DNA of 64,000 bases from Thermoproteota archaeon (GTDB lineage: Archaea > Korarchaeota > JAOZGF01 > JAOZFZ01), in contig JAOZFT010000001.1 in assembly GCA_027492035.1 (NCBI GenBank), forward strand, positions 32,001 through 96,000. The letters run 5' to 3'. Shown piece after piece: positions 49,187 to 58,865 of the stretch; position 1 is the stretch's first letter, and every line of letters starts with the position of its first letter. Both the position numbers and the translations under genes were made by a program. A model generated the notes under the pieces. The model did not search any database, was not told the DNA's origin, and saw nothing but the letters and a program-made list of their open reading frames with translations.

Positions 49187-49507
49187 ATGGAGCCTTGGTT
49201 AAAAAGGACTTTAGTTGCACTTGCTGTGTTCATTGTTTTATCTCCGTTAGGTATACTTTTTACCTGGGACTACGGGGACGCATGGGGAGAGTGGGGTGAA
49301 GTTAAGTTACCAAATGGGAAAGTGTGGACGCCGAAATCCTATTTTAACGCACCTCTCCCAGACTATAACGTTGAAGGATGGGAAGATAAACTGATGGCTT
49401 CCATTGGGTACTGGATCTCGGCAGTAATTGGAGTTGCAGCCACTATGCTTATGTCTCTTGGAGTTGTGAAAACGATTGAACTCTGGAGAAGTGAAGAAGG
49501 CAAATAA
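49187..49507 (+). CDS. nikN: PDGLE-type accessory subunit
   Basis: LSPLG, AWGEW, APLPDY, two TM helices. Confidence 0.82.
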   Translation: MEPWLKRTLVALAVFIVLSPLGILFTWDYGDAWGEWGEVKLPNGKVWTPKSYFNAPLPDYNVEGWEDKLMASIGYWISAVIGVAATMLMSLGVVKTIELWRSEEGK

Positions 49508-49567
49508 CTGATAAAATACTTTTCTCCTTTTTTTGTTAAAAGAGAACGTAGGGGTTGGTTAAAGAAA

Positions 49568-50455
49568 ATGAGTTTCACGGAAAGAACACTTTACGAAATC
49601 ATAAATTGGGTGAGGGATTCTGTTTTTTCTGAAATCTACGCGGATAAGAAAGGGTTCCTACAATCCTTGAACCCAAGAATAAAATTTATTGCATTTCTAT
49701 GTCTATTGGTCAGTGTAGTGTGTGTCCGTAGCCTACAAGTCATTTTATTCTTTCTCCTATTTTCCCTTTTACTAGTTTATTTCTCAAAAATACCTTTCAA
49801 GTTTTACTTGACCAGAGTGTTAATTTTTATTCCCATATTTACGGGGATAGTGGCTTTTCCCTCCATTTTCAATATTTTCCAACAAAATAAGGGTAGACCC
49901 CTTATTGTACTTTACAATTTCGGTTACACCGTCAATTTTCCCTTCTTAAAACCTTTTTCAACAATTGAAATAACTGAGGAGGGTGTTTATTGGGCTTTAA
50001 CTTTTGTTTTACGCGTCACAGTTTCTGTTTCTTTAACAGTATTACTTATACTTACAACTAAATGGCCTAGCCTTCTTTCCTCCTTAAGTTCAATAAGGAC
50101 TCCGGAAACCTTCATCTTTATTTTACACATGACCTACCGCTACATTTTCCTTTTAGCTACACTAGTTTCTAACATGCTTTTTTCAAGGAAAAGCAGAATA
50201 GTTGGGAAAGAAACTGCAATTAAAAGTTGGAAATTGAATGCAAACATAATTGGCGCCCTTTTTTTAAAATCTCATGATATGAGTGAAAATATTTACTTAG
50301 CGATGCTTTCAAGAGGTTTCAATGGACAAGTAAGTAGATCAATGATTAACGTGAAAGAAAGACAAATGAAGGAAGGGAACATAAAGAGCTATTTATTCCT
50401 TATTGCCACAGTAATTTTTTGTGCAACTATTTTGTTGAAGGAGGCATTGATGTGA
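49568..50455 (+). CDS. nikQ: ECF transporter T component
   Basis: LNPRIK, TYRYI, SR, AMLSRGF. Confidence 0.9.
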   Translation: MSFTERTLYEIINWVRDSVFSEIYADKKGFLQSLNPRIKFIAFLCLLVSVVCVRSLQVILFFLLFSLLLVYFSKIPFKFYLTRVLIFIPIFTGIVAFPSIFNIFQQNKGRPLIVLYNFGYTVNFPFLKPFSTIEITEEGVYWALTFVLRVTVSVSLTVLLILTTKWPSLLSSLSSIRTPETFIFILHMTYRYIFLLATLVSNMLFSRKSRIVGKETAIKSWKLNANIIGALFLKSHDMSENIYLAMLSRGFNGQVSRSMINVKERQMKEGNIKSYLFLIATVIFCATILLKEALM

Positions 50456-51408
50456 AAAAGGCAAGTAATTTATGGAAGGAAAAAACTGCTTTACTTGAAT
50501 TAAAGGGGGTTTGTTACAGTTACCCTGATGGAACAGAGGCACTGAATAACATAGACTTAACTATTTATAGAGGAGAGAAAGTGGCTGTTATAGGTCCTAA
50601 TGGAGCCGGGAAAACAACCCTGCTTAAAATTTTAGATGGGCTAGTGCTCCCAACTAAAGGTGTGGCGAAAATTTTTGGCATGCCACTTAACAAAAAAATT
50701 TTAAACAGCAAAAAAATGTACAATGTCAGGAAAAGACTGGGTTTTGTTTTCCAAGACCCAGATGTTGAACTTTTCTCAGCCACTGTATGGGATGACATAG
50801 CTTTTGGACCTTTACACCTAAACCTTTCACATAAGGAAATAGATAAGAGAGTGGAAGAGACTTTAAAACTTTTAAATATAGAAAATTTGAAGGATAAACA
50901 TCCTTACAACCTCAGCGGTGGAGAGAAGAGAAAAGCAGCTATTGCAGCTGTTCTCAGTGTAGATCCGGAGGTATTGCTTCTAGATGAACCTACAGCAGAT
51001 CTAGACCCAAGAAGCAAGGCTGAAGTTATTGATATAATAAATGAATTAAACAAGACAGGTAAAACAATTGTTACAGCAACTCAGGACATGGACATTGTCC
51101 CTGAACTTGCAGACAGGGTATATGTTTTAAATAAGGAGTTGATGGCTGAAGGAACACCTAAAGAAATATTTTCAGATATTGAAATGTTAAAAAGAAACAA
51201 TTTGGAAGTTCCTGAAGTGATGAAGCTCTTCGAAGTTTTGAAATGTTTCGGGTACGACTACACAAGGTTACCTCTCTCAATTAATGAAGCAATAAAGGTG
51301 CTTACTGAAACAATTGAAACTGAGGGGGGACATATTCATTTACACATCCACGAACATACACATGAAGAAATAAAGAAACTGAAGGGAAAATATAACCATC
51401 ACAGTTAA
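50452..51408 (+). CDS. nikO: ECF transporter ATPase with His-rich C-terminal tail
   Basis: GPNGAGKT, VFQDPD, LSGGE, LLDEPT, tail HIHLHIHEHTHEE...HHS; GTG 50452 overlaps the nikQ stop. Confidence 0.92.
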   Translation: MKKASNLWKEKTALLELKGVCYSYPDGTEALNNIDLTIYRGEKVAVIGPNGAGKTTLLKILDGLVLPTKGVAKIFGMPLNKKILNSKKMYNVRKRLGFVFQDPDVELFSATVWDDIAFGPLHLNLSHKEIDKRVEETLKLLNIENLKDKHPYNLSGGEKRKAAIAAVLSVDPEVLLLDEPTADLDPRSKAEVIDIINELNKTGKTIVTATQDMDIVPELADRVYVLNKELMAEGTPKEIFSDIEMLKRNNLEVPEVMKLFEVLKCFGYDYTRLPLSINEAIKVLTETIETEGGHIHLHIHEHTHEEIKKLKGKYNHHS

Positions 51409-51684
51409 GTTTTCTTCATTCCTTTAAATGTTCTGTTTTATTTATTTTTATGAAGTGTTTGAACTCTACTGCTCGAAAAATTTCTTCGTAAACCAGCTTA
51501 TTCATTATAAATAAAAGGCTTCAGAGATTTTTCTTTATTAAAGTGTAAAATTCTTGAAGGCGGCAAAAGTTTAGGGATGATAATTTATGATAAGAAGTTG
51601 AAGAACCGAGAAATTTACAAAGGTTGTAGATAAGAGAGATTATTAAACTTTTGTAAGAGGGGAGAGGGTGTAGAGGGTAAAAAA

Positions 51685-52374
51685 ATGGTTACCGAATCAG
51701 TAAATGAAGAATCATTGATAGATAAGTTAAGAGGAATAATTAGAGAAGGGAAACAGGTAAGTAAGTTGATTTTTAAGATTTTAAGCTGTGGAAAAAGGTC
51801 GTTAACATTTGCAGAAATAATTGGTTTAGCTAGTGAAATAGTTACTTCTAATTTGGATGAATTAATTGAAGAAAGTTTGTTAGTGATGGAGAAACTTAGA
51901 CTCCTTCTACCAGTGCTTTCAAGGAACAGATTGTGTTTATCTTGGGAAAGCAGGAAAATACTTTTCAGGTTGGACACAAAATTTGAGATACCAAACGTTA
52001 TTGTTCATATTTTTAACGAGTTTCTTTCAACTGGAGAATGGAACTGGCGGAAAGCAGTTAAAAAATATTTTGAAGAAATAAGAAGCCCACGGAGAGAAGT
52101 CGTTCTTAGAATAATTGAGGAATTGATTGATGCAGCGTACAGTGGAGTTTATATAAATGCAGGGATGATAGAGGAGAATTGTTCTAAATTCAAGATAGGC
52201 AAAGAAAGTGTTTCTGCTCTAATAGCTGAACTTAAGGGAGGAGGAATCATCAGCCCCTACATTGTCCCAGGTTTAACGAAACCCTTAAATGAGGCAGAGA
52301 AGAAACTTTTCCGTGAAGCACCTATTTACGAATTAAACAGGGCTCTTTTCCTGAAGGAAAAAGCCAATGAATAA
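51685..52374 (+). CDS. Hypothetical protein, possibly tandem winged-helix
   Basis: Two segments ending in L..ME..RLL.P and LIAELKGGGIISP...YELN, typical of wHTH helix-wing junctions. Confidence 0.65.
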   Translation: MVTESVNEESLIDKLRGIIREGKQVSKLIFKILSCGKRSLTFAEIIGLASEIVTSNLDELIEESLLVMEKLRLLLPVLSRNRLCLSWESRKILFRLDTKFEIPNVIVHIFNEFLSTGEWNWRKAVKKYFEEIRSPRREVVLRIIEELIDAAYSGVYINAGMIEENCSKFKIGKESVSALIAELKGGGIISPYIVPGLTKPLNEAEKKLFREAPIYELNRALFLKEKANE

Positions 52375-52404
52375 GGGGAAAGCTGTAAAAAGAAATTTGA
52401 TAAT

Positions 52405-53403
52405 TTAATAAAGTTTGATAGTAGAGGAGAGAATGTCCAAAACTTCTTTCCTTTCCTGGGAAGTCAATTCTCGAGGGAAATTGAATAAGGGGCCGCTTGG
52501 TTTTTCATTATAGAAAGGTCTGTTACAGTGGGGGCAGCCCGATGTTTTAAAAGGCTCACCAACCATTATTTCCTTTAACACTTCCTGTTCAGCAACTAAA
52601 ATTTCATCTATGGCACCGTTTTTGTTCCATTTAATACTGAACTTTTCTCCATACCCTTTATTTAGTAAATAGTTTACTACTTGAAGTTTTCGGTAAGAGT
52701 ACAGGTTTGGTGGATAGTTGAGGCCCATTTTTGTCCCTTTCACCGGTGTGAAAGCGAAAAGCCCCACTTTAACTCTTAAATTATTCATTTTACGGAGGAA
52801 AGAAACAACATCTTTCTCTCTCTCACCTAAACCTACAATTAAATGTGTATATACTTTCCCTTCACCGAAAACGTTCACGGCGTCTTTTAAAGCGTGGAAG
52901 TACGATTCCCAGGTGTATCCAGGCTTGATTTTATTAAAAATTTCTTTCTTCGCAGCATCTAAAGGAAAACAAATGATATCTACTCCTAAATCTCTATATA
53001 AGCCAATTTCTTTTCTTCTAAGTGGAAAAACACTTAAAGAAATAGGTTTAAACTTAGGTAAGGCAGAAACCAGTCCCTTTAAGTATTCTTTAACCCCTTT
53101 AAAAACAGTTGTTTGGACACATACCCTCTTATATTTTGCTTTTCTTGTTTTTAGGGCTGAAACAAGTTTTTTTAAGGTGAAAACTGGCCACTTAATTCTT
53201 GACAAGCGACTTAAGTCACAGGAACTTGTTCTAGCTTGAGCACAGAAAGCACAATCCATCAAACACTTACTGCCACTGTAACTCATTAAATAAATAGTTG
53301 TTGGGTAAACATCCATTTTCACATTTAAGAGACCTAACAAACCAGCTGAACCAATAGAAACCCTTACTCTAAAATTATCCAGGCCACTCAAATCTCCTAC
53401 CAT
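52405..53403 (-). CDS. lipS2: Archaeal-type lipoyl synthase subunit LipS2 (radical SAM)
   Basis: CLMDCAFC; LipS2 signature TSGCPHCNRP; ATG 53403 after GAGGTG. Confidence 0.88.
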   Translation of the reverse strand: MVGDLSGLDNFRVRVSIGSAGLLGLLNVKMDVYPTTIYLMSYSGSKCLMDCAFCAQARTSSCDLSRLSRIKWPVFTLKKLVSALKTRKAKYKRVCVQTTVFKGVKEYLKGLVSALPKFKPISLSVFPLRRKEIGLYRDLGVDIICFPLDAAKKEIFNKIKPGYTWESYFHALKDAVNVFGEGKVYTHLIVGLGEREKDVVSFLRKMNNLRVKVGLFAFTPVKGTKMGLNYPPNLYSYRKLQVVNYLLNKGYGEKFSIKWNKNGAIDEILVAEQEVLKEIMVGEPFKTSGCPHCNRPFYNEKPSGPLFNFPRELTSQERKEVLDILSSTIKLY

Positions 53404-53445
53404 CACACCTCCCCTCTTCCTGAAACTGGGTAGGGAAAAAAGCAA

Positions 53446-54357
53446 TTAGAGGGCACAACATTTCTTTTCAATCCTTAACTGCAACCCCTTCTTCCTAACG
53501 AAATCAAGAGTTTCTTTCTTTGGAAGAACAATTCCGTCTACACCACTTTTAATGGCTAAAACGTCAAACTTGTTCCTTTCAAACCAGGGGCGCATACATC
53601 CCAAATTTATTATTTTATCTGGGAACATTAACCTAGCCTTAGCTACAATGTAAGCCACCTCCGTAGGTTCGGGAGGTTTAAGGTTCTGGTAAAATGTTCC
53701 TTTTGTAGGAACAAAAACTGTGATCACTATTTTTTGAGGATCCGCTTTTTTAAGAATGTTTAAGGCTTTAACTTCGCCCCTTAATTTTCCTTTATAAAGG
53801 CCGACACATACGTGTGGAACAACCTCTTTCACACCAGCCCTCTTTAGGTTCTTAATTACTTCTAAATAATCCTGTGGGGATTTGTTTAACCCATAAACCT
53901 CCTTTATTGTCTCTTCATCCCCTACAAAGTCGATAGAGACGGTATCAATTCCTGCTTCAACTATTTTTTCAGCATCTTTTTCGTTTACAAACCCGCAGTG
54001 TGCATTATAAACTAAATTAAATTTCTTTTTAGCTTTGAACAAAACCTTGCTAAATTTGTCGATAGGAACAATAAATCTCTGATCCAGTCCCCCACTTATA
54101 AGGAAACCTTCAGCTCCTTTGCTGTGAAGATGTTTCAACTTTTTGTAGAGTTCATTTTGGGAACGTACCTTAGTCATACCCTTCAAATAAATCCTTCCAC
54201 AATGTTTGCAGTTAAGTGAACAGTTGGTTCCAGTTAAGGAAATAGAGGGAAAAAACCTACCCAGGTAGTAAATTGTTAAATTAGTGTTCCTACTCCTTTT
54301 CACCTTAAAAGCTTTCTCCAGTAACTTGTCTAAATTTTCAACCGGTGACATATACAT
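53446..54357 (-). CDS. lipS1: Archaeal-type lipoyl synthase subunit LipS1 (radical SAM)
   Basis: CSLNCKHC; LipS1 signatures GCMR and C-terminal CC. Confidence 0.88.
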   Translation of the reverse strand: MYMSPVENLDKLLEKAFKVKRSRNTNLTIYYLGRFFPSISLTGTNCSLNCKHCGRIYLKGMTKVRSQNELYKKLKHLHSKGAEGFLISGGLDQRFIVPIDKFSKVLFKAKKKFNLVYNAHCGFVNEKDAEKIVEAGIDTVSIDFVGDEETIKEVYGLNKSPQDYLEVIKNLKRAGVKEVVPHVCVGLYKGKLRGEVKALNILKKADPQKIVITVFVPTKGTFYQNLKPPEPTEVAYIVAKARLMFPDKIINLGCMRPWFERNKFDVLAIKSGVDGIVLPKKETLDFVRKKGLQLRIEKKCCAL

Positions 54358-54517
54358 TCACAAGTAAAGAGAAACTAAACTCATGGAAAAATCTGGGAAA
54401 AATGAAAGAATTCCTAAAAGAAAAGTTATTTTCACTTTTTTAAATTGTTTTTAAATAGGGAGAAGATAGAGAGGAGAAATGAATAGTTCCTTAATTTGAA
54501 GGGGAGAGGTAGCTTAA

Positions 54518-55765
54518 ATGCCTATAAACTTTGACAATAAAGTTAAGTACAGGGAAGTAAAGGAGGTATACGCGGACATAAAAAGAATTTCTGAGTTTAA
54601 AAGGAAAGTAGAAACAGTAGATTTATATGAATCTTTAGGAAGAGTTTTAGCTGAGGAACTGAAGTCTAAAATTGACTTTCCGCAAAAAAGCTTTTCCCAT
54701 TTCGACGGATACGCAATTAACTCAAGAGATACAGAGGATGCTTCACCCGCAAACCCTGTTATTTTCAATGTTAAAGGCAAAGTTTTTCCAGGTGAAGAAG
54801 TAACCGTGAAACTTAAGGAGAAGGAGGCTTTTTACGTTGCAACAGGCGCTTATTTACCAGAGAATGCTGACGCAGTCATTCCAGTAGAAAAAATAAAAGA
54901 AATTAAGGAAGGAGTAATTAAAATTTACCATAAAATAAAACGTTTTGAAAACGTGGTTTTGAAGGGTTCAGATTTCAGGAAAGGCCAAACAATTTTTAAG
55001 GCGGGGCATGAAGTAAAGCCTCTAGACTTAATGGCTTTAGCAGTTACAGAAAATTTTGAAGTAAGGGTTTTCAAAAAGGTAAAGGTTGCATTTTTTTCAG
55101 TTGGTAATGAACTTACAGACTCATTAAACCGGTTGAAGAGTGGAAAAAGATTTAGCTACAACCTTACATTGTTAAATTTACTTAAGGAGAGGAAATGTGA
55201 AGCTGTAGATCTAGGCATTGTAGAAGATGAATTAAGAAAAGTAGAAATGAAAATTTCTGAAGCATTAAAAATCGGAGATATAGTTATAGTTGCAGGAGGA
55301 TGCTCAGTAGGTGAGAAAGATTATGTCTTAAGAGCAGCTAAACAATTCAGAAGTTTCAAATTAATAACGAGAGGAATAAAAGTTCAACCAGGAAGAATGA
55401 CAAGTGCAGCTTTTGTCCAAGGCAAACCTTTAATTATGCTTCCTGGCCATATCCAATCGATGGTTACTGGCTTCTACTTAATAGCCAAACCATTAATAAA
55501 CTATTTTTCGGGGCAGAAACTTGAAATAAGCAATAACGTAATTGAAGCATTAATTAAGGAAGAGGTAGAAATAAAAGGGTACTCCCCATTTTGGAGAGTT
55601 AGGTTTGTAGAATTGAAAAAGGAGAAAGGGAGATATGTCGCTAAACCTTTACTGGGTGATTCATCCCTATTTACCCCTCTTGTTAAGTCACAGGGCTTCA
55701 CAATAATACCGCCCAAGAAAACAGTGTTAAGGAAAGGTGAAACAATAAAAATTTATATCTATTAA
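54518..55765 (+). CDS. moeA: Molybdopterin molybdenum/tungsten transferase MoeA
   Basis: GRVLAE, DGYA, ATGAYLP.ADAV, SVGNEL, GG.SVGEKD, QPG. Confidence 0.92.
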   Translation: MPINFDNKVKYREVKEVYADIKRISEFKRKVETVDLYESLGRVLAEELKSKIDFPQKSFSHFDGYAINSRDTEDASPANPVIFNVKGKVFPGEEVTVKLKEKEAFYVATGAYLPENADAVIPVEKIKEIKEGVIKIYHKIKRFENVVLKGSDFRKGQTIFKAGHEVKPLDLMALAVTENFEVRVFKKVKVAFFSVGNELTDSLNRLKSGKRFSYNLTLLNLLKERKCEAVDLGIVEDELRKVEMKISEALKIGDIVIVAGGCSVGEKDYVLRAAKQFRSFKLITRGIKVQPGRMTSAAFVQGKPLIMLPGHIQSMVTGFYLIAKPLINYFSGQKLEISNNVIEALIKEEVEIKGYSPFWRVRFVELKKEKGRYVAKPLLGDSSLFTPLVKSQGFTIIPPKKTVLRKGETIKIYIY

Positions 55766-55885
55766 GGGGAGGCAGGAAGATTTTTAAAAGGGAAACATAG
55801 AGAAGATACTTTTGCAAAATAAAAATTTTTAAATAGATGTATCAAGAAAATATTCAATCCTTTTCAAAAAAGTGAGGATGTAAAA

Positions 55886-57715
55886 ATGAATTTCGAGAAA
55901 AGAATGTGGGAAATCTTTGCAATAAGTGCATTAATAGGCATGATGCTGTTTGCGGGATGTGTCGGGCAACCACCTACACCAACACCAACCCCAACACCTA
56001 CAGCAACCCCAACACCAACCCCCACAGCAACACCAACCCCAACAGTTGTTAAACACCCTGACACAGTAACAGTAGCTACGATAGGTGAACCGGAGACACT
56101 GGACCCTGCTTGGGCATATGATACTGCAAGCGGGGAAGTAATTTTCAACGTTTACGAAACACTAATTTTCTTTGACGGTGAACATACCGACAAATTTGTG
56201 CCAAGAATAGCCACCAAAGTTCCCAGCGTTGAAAACGGTTTAATAAAGAAAAATGGCACTGAAATATGGTTCCCTATTAGGGAAGGAATTTATTTCCACA
56301 ATGGCGACCCCTTAACAGCAGAGGATGTTGAGTACTCCTTTGAAAGAGCAATGGTTCAAGACAGGGATGGTGGACCTGTTTGGATGCTTCTTGAGCCGTT
56401 ACTCGGGGTAGACTCTACCCGTGACTCAGAAGGGAATATAGTAGTATCTTTTGAAGACATAGATAAAGCAGTAGAAGTCAGGGGAGGTTTCGTTGTTTTC
56501 CACTTAAAGCAGCAATTCCCCATCACAACGTTCTTCCAAATCCTTTCACAAACTTGGTCATCAATAGTGGATAAAAAGTTCTGCATTGAACATGGAGACT
56601 GGCCTGGAACCGCTGAAACATGGAAACAATATAACAACCCTGAAGTTCCTCCACTGCAGGAGATTATGTGTGGTACAGGACCTTTCAAACTGTTAAGGTG
56701 GGAGAAGGGATCTCAAGTAATACTTGAGAGAAATGATAAGTACTGGAGAGGACCTGCAAAGATAAAGTGGGCTGTAATAAAGAAAGTTGATGAATGGTCT
56801 GACAGAAAACTTATGTTCATTAATGGTGACGCAGACATTGTCTATGTTCCCACTGCACACATAAAGGAGCTAGAGGGAGTGGAGGGTATAAGAGTTGTAA
56901 AAGATCTTCCAGAGTTGGTGGTAGCTGCATTATTCTTCACTTTCGACATAGATCCAGAAAGCCCTTACATAGGAAGTGGAAAACTAGATGGGCAAGGAGT
57001 ACCTCCCAACTTCTTCAATGACAAAAACATAAGATTGGCGTTTGCTTATTCCTTCGATTACGACACCTACCTTAAGGAAGCTTGGTTAGGAGAAGCTGAA
57101 CAACCTGCTTCACCAGTTATTAAGGGATTACCTTATAGAAATCCTGAGCAGGAGAAATTCACTTTCGATTTAGACAAAGCAAAAAGCTACTTCAAAGTAG
57201 CATTTAACGGTGAAGTATGGAAAAAAGGATTCACAATGGATTTGCTCTATAACACAGGGAACGAACAAAGAAAGATAGCAGCGGAAGTTCTAAAAGAGAA
57301 CATTGAGAGCCTAAATCCAAAGTTCCACATAAACGTAAGGGCTGTTGAGTGGCCTATTTACCTAAGGGCAATGGTTAGAGGACAGCTACCCTGCTTCATA
57401 ATAGGATGGCTAGCTGACTACCCTGATCCTCACAACTTTGTACACCCATTCATGCATTCTCAAGGAGCATTTGCAGCATGGCAACACTACAGCAACCCTG
57501 AAGTGGACAAGTTAATCGATGAAGGAATAAGGACAATTAATCCCGACGCTAGGAAACAAATATACTATAAATTACAGGAGATATATCATGAGGATGTCCC
57601 AAGTGTTCCTCTATATCAACCGTTAGGAAGACACTGGGAAAGAACATGGCTTCACGGATGGTACTACAACCCAATATATCCAGGTGTCTACTTCTATCCG
57701 TTGTGGAAAGGCTAA
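55886..57715 (+). CDS. dppA: ABC peptide/nickel transporter substrate-binding lipoprotein (family 5)
   Basis: Lipobox FAGC, PT linker, ETLDPA, YETL, GTGPF, GWLADYPDP. Confidence 0.93.
   Translation: MNFEKRMWEIFAISALIGMMLFAGCVGQPPTPTPTPTPTATPTPTPTATPTPTVVKHPDTVTVATIGEPETLDPAWAYDTASGEVIFNVYETLIFFDGEHTDKFVPRIATKVPSVENGLIKKNGTEIWFPIREGIYFHNGDPLTAEDVEYSFERAMVQDRDGGPVWMLLEPLLGVDSTRDSEGNIVVSFEDIDKAVEVRGGFVVFHLKQQFPITTFFQILSQTWSSIVDKKFCIEHGDWPGTAETWKQYNNPEVPPLQEIMCGTGPFKLLRWEKGSQVILERNDKYWRGPAKIKWAVIKKVDEWSDRKLMFINGDADIVYVPTAHIKELEGVEGIRVVKDLPELVVAALFFTFDIDPESPYIGSGKLDGQGVPPNFFNDKNIRLAFAYSFDYDTYLKEAWLGEAEQPASPVIKGLPYRNPEQEKFTFDLDKAKSYFKVAFNGEVWKKGFTMDLLYNTGNEQRKIAAEVLKENIESLNPKFHINVRAVEWPIYLRAMVRGQLPCFIIGWLADYPDPHNFVHPFMHSQGAFAAWQHYSNPEVDKLIDEGIRTINPDARKQIYYKLQEIYHEDVPSVPLYQPLGRHWERTWLHGWYYNPIYPGVYFYPLWKG
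55970..56044 (+). repeat. Degenerate hexamer repeat encoding a (PT)n/TATP linker
   Basis: CCAACA/CCAACC-type units encoding PPTPTPTPTPTATPTPTPTATPTPT. Confidence 0.8.
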
Positions 57716-57721
57716 AACCCC

Positions 57722-57740
57722 TCTTCTTTTTCTTTTTTAT
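57722..57740 (+). terminator. Oligo-T archaeal terminator/attenuator after dppA
   Basis: TCTTCTTTTTCTTTTTTAT immediately after the stop codon. Confidence 0.5.
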
Positions 57741-57826
57741 TAAACAAACTTTTATAAATTTTTGTAAGGTTTTGTGATGAAAAGCATATTGAAGAGAAAA
57801 TTCCTCTTACCTGGTGACTGAAAGAG

Positions 57827-58858
57827 ATGGGCATGAGGGCTTATATTGCGCGGAGACTTCTACTTTTAGTCCCTACCTTAATTGGTTTAAGTATTTTGAT
57901 TTTTGCAGTTTTACAAGTTTTCAGCCCCGTGGAAAGGGCAGCTTTATACATTAGAGACCCTAAAGCTGCTAAGAATATAGGGGCTATAATAAGGAAGTAT
58001 CATTTGGATGCTCCTCTCTACGTCCAATACTTCACTTGGTTAAGTGAAGTATTGCATGGGAATTTAGGATGGTCCAAAAGTGTAAACATGCCTGTTAGTG
58101 AGGCCATCAAAACCTTTTTACCTGCTACGGTGGAGCTTGTTGCATTCTCTATACCCTTAACGGTTATTGTAGGCATTTATCTCGGTGTTATTTCAGCAAC
58201 TCATAAAGATAAAGCCTTGGACCATGCCACTAGAGCTCTTGCCATAGCTGGTTGGTCTCTTCCTTCTTTCTGGCTTGGCTTAGTTTTAATATCAATTTTC
58301 TATGGAGGATTAAAAATATTCCCACCCGGAAGACTTTCAACTGAACATTCCATAGTGGTTAACAGCCCAGGGTTTATACGTTACACAGGAATGAATACAA
58401 TTGACGCTCTTTTAAACGGTAACTTAGAAATTTTTCTAGATGCATTGCAACACTTAATTCTGCCAACTATTACTTTAACTACTATTAATATAGCTTTGAT
58501 TGTGAGAATAATGCGTTCAGGCATGTTAGAGTCTCTTAGTAAAAATTATGTTTTGGCAGCTCGAGCTAAAGGACTGCCTGAGAAAGTTGTTATTAATAAA
58601 CATGCTAGAAGAAATGCTTTAATTCCTGTAATTACAGTCTCAGGCTTATTAACTGCAGGGATGTTATCTGGAGTAGTTATAACAGAAACCGTTTTTAATT
58701 ACCACGGTATTGGTTATTGGGCTGCTAATGCTGCTACTCAACTTGATATACCTGCTGTTTTAGGTTTTGCCATTTTTACCGGTCTCCTCTTTATTTTTGC
58801 AAATCTCATCGTAGATTTACTTTATGCTTATATTGACCCGAGAATTAGGTTAGAGTGA
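57827..58858 (+). CDS. dppB: ABC peptide transporter permease
   Basis: YIARRLL, QYF.WL, PSFWLG, EAA-like ARAKGL, HARRNALIP, IDPRIR. Confidence 0.94.
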   Translation: MGMRAYIARRLLLLVPTLIGLSILIFAVLQVFSPVERAALYIRDPKAAKNIGAIIRKYHLDAPLYVQYFTWLSEVLHGNLGWSKSVNMPVSEAIKTFLPATVELVAFSIPLTVIVGIYLGVISATHKDKALDHATRALAIAGWSLPSFWLGLVLISIFYGGLKIFPPGRLSTEHSIVVNSPGFIRYTGMNTIDALLNGNLEIFLDALQHLILPTITLTTINIALIVRIMRSGMLESLSKNYVLAARAKGLPEKVVINKHARRNALIPVITVSGLLTAGMLSGVVITETVFNYHGIGYWAANAATQLDIPAVLGFAIFTGLLFIFANLIVDLLYAYIDPRIRLE

Positions 58859-58865
58859 TGAAGCG

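Noticed and set aside
52405-54357. Biotin synthase BioB calls for the two radical SAM genes
   Set aside because: They carry LipS1/LipS2-specific motifs (GCMR, CC, TxGCPxCNRP) rather than BioB features.
55970-56044. CRISPR-like or VNTR array
   Set aside because: In-frame Pro-Thr linker of the substrate-binding protein. No repeat-spacer structure or cas genes were seen anywhere in the window.
57774-57821. Second C/D-like element (GTGATGA ... CTGA) before dppB
   Set aside because: No convincing C'/D' boxes or 12-nt spacing, and the CTGA abuts the GGTGA Shine-Dalgarno of dppB. A K-turn cannot be excluded but is unsupported.
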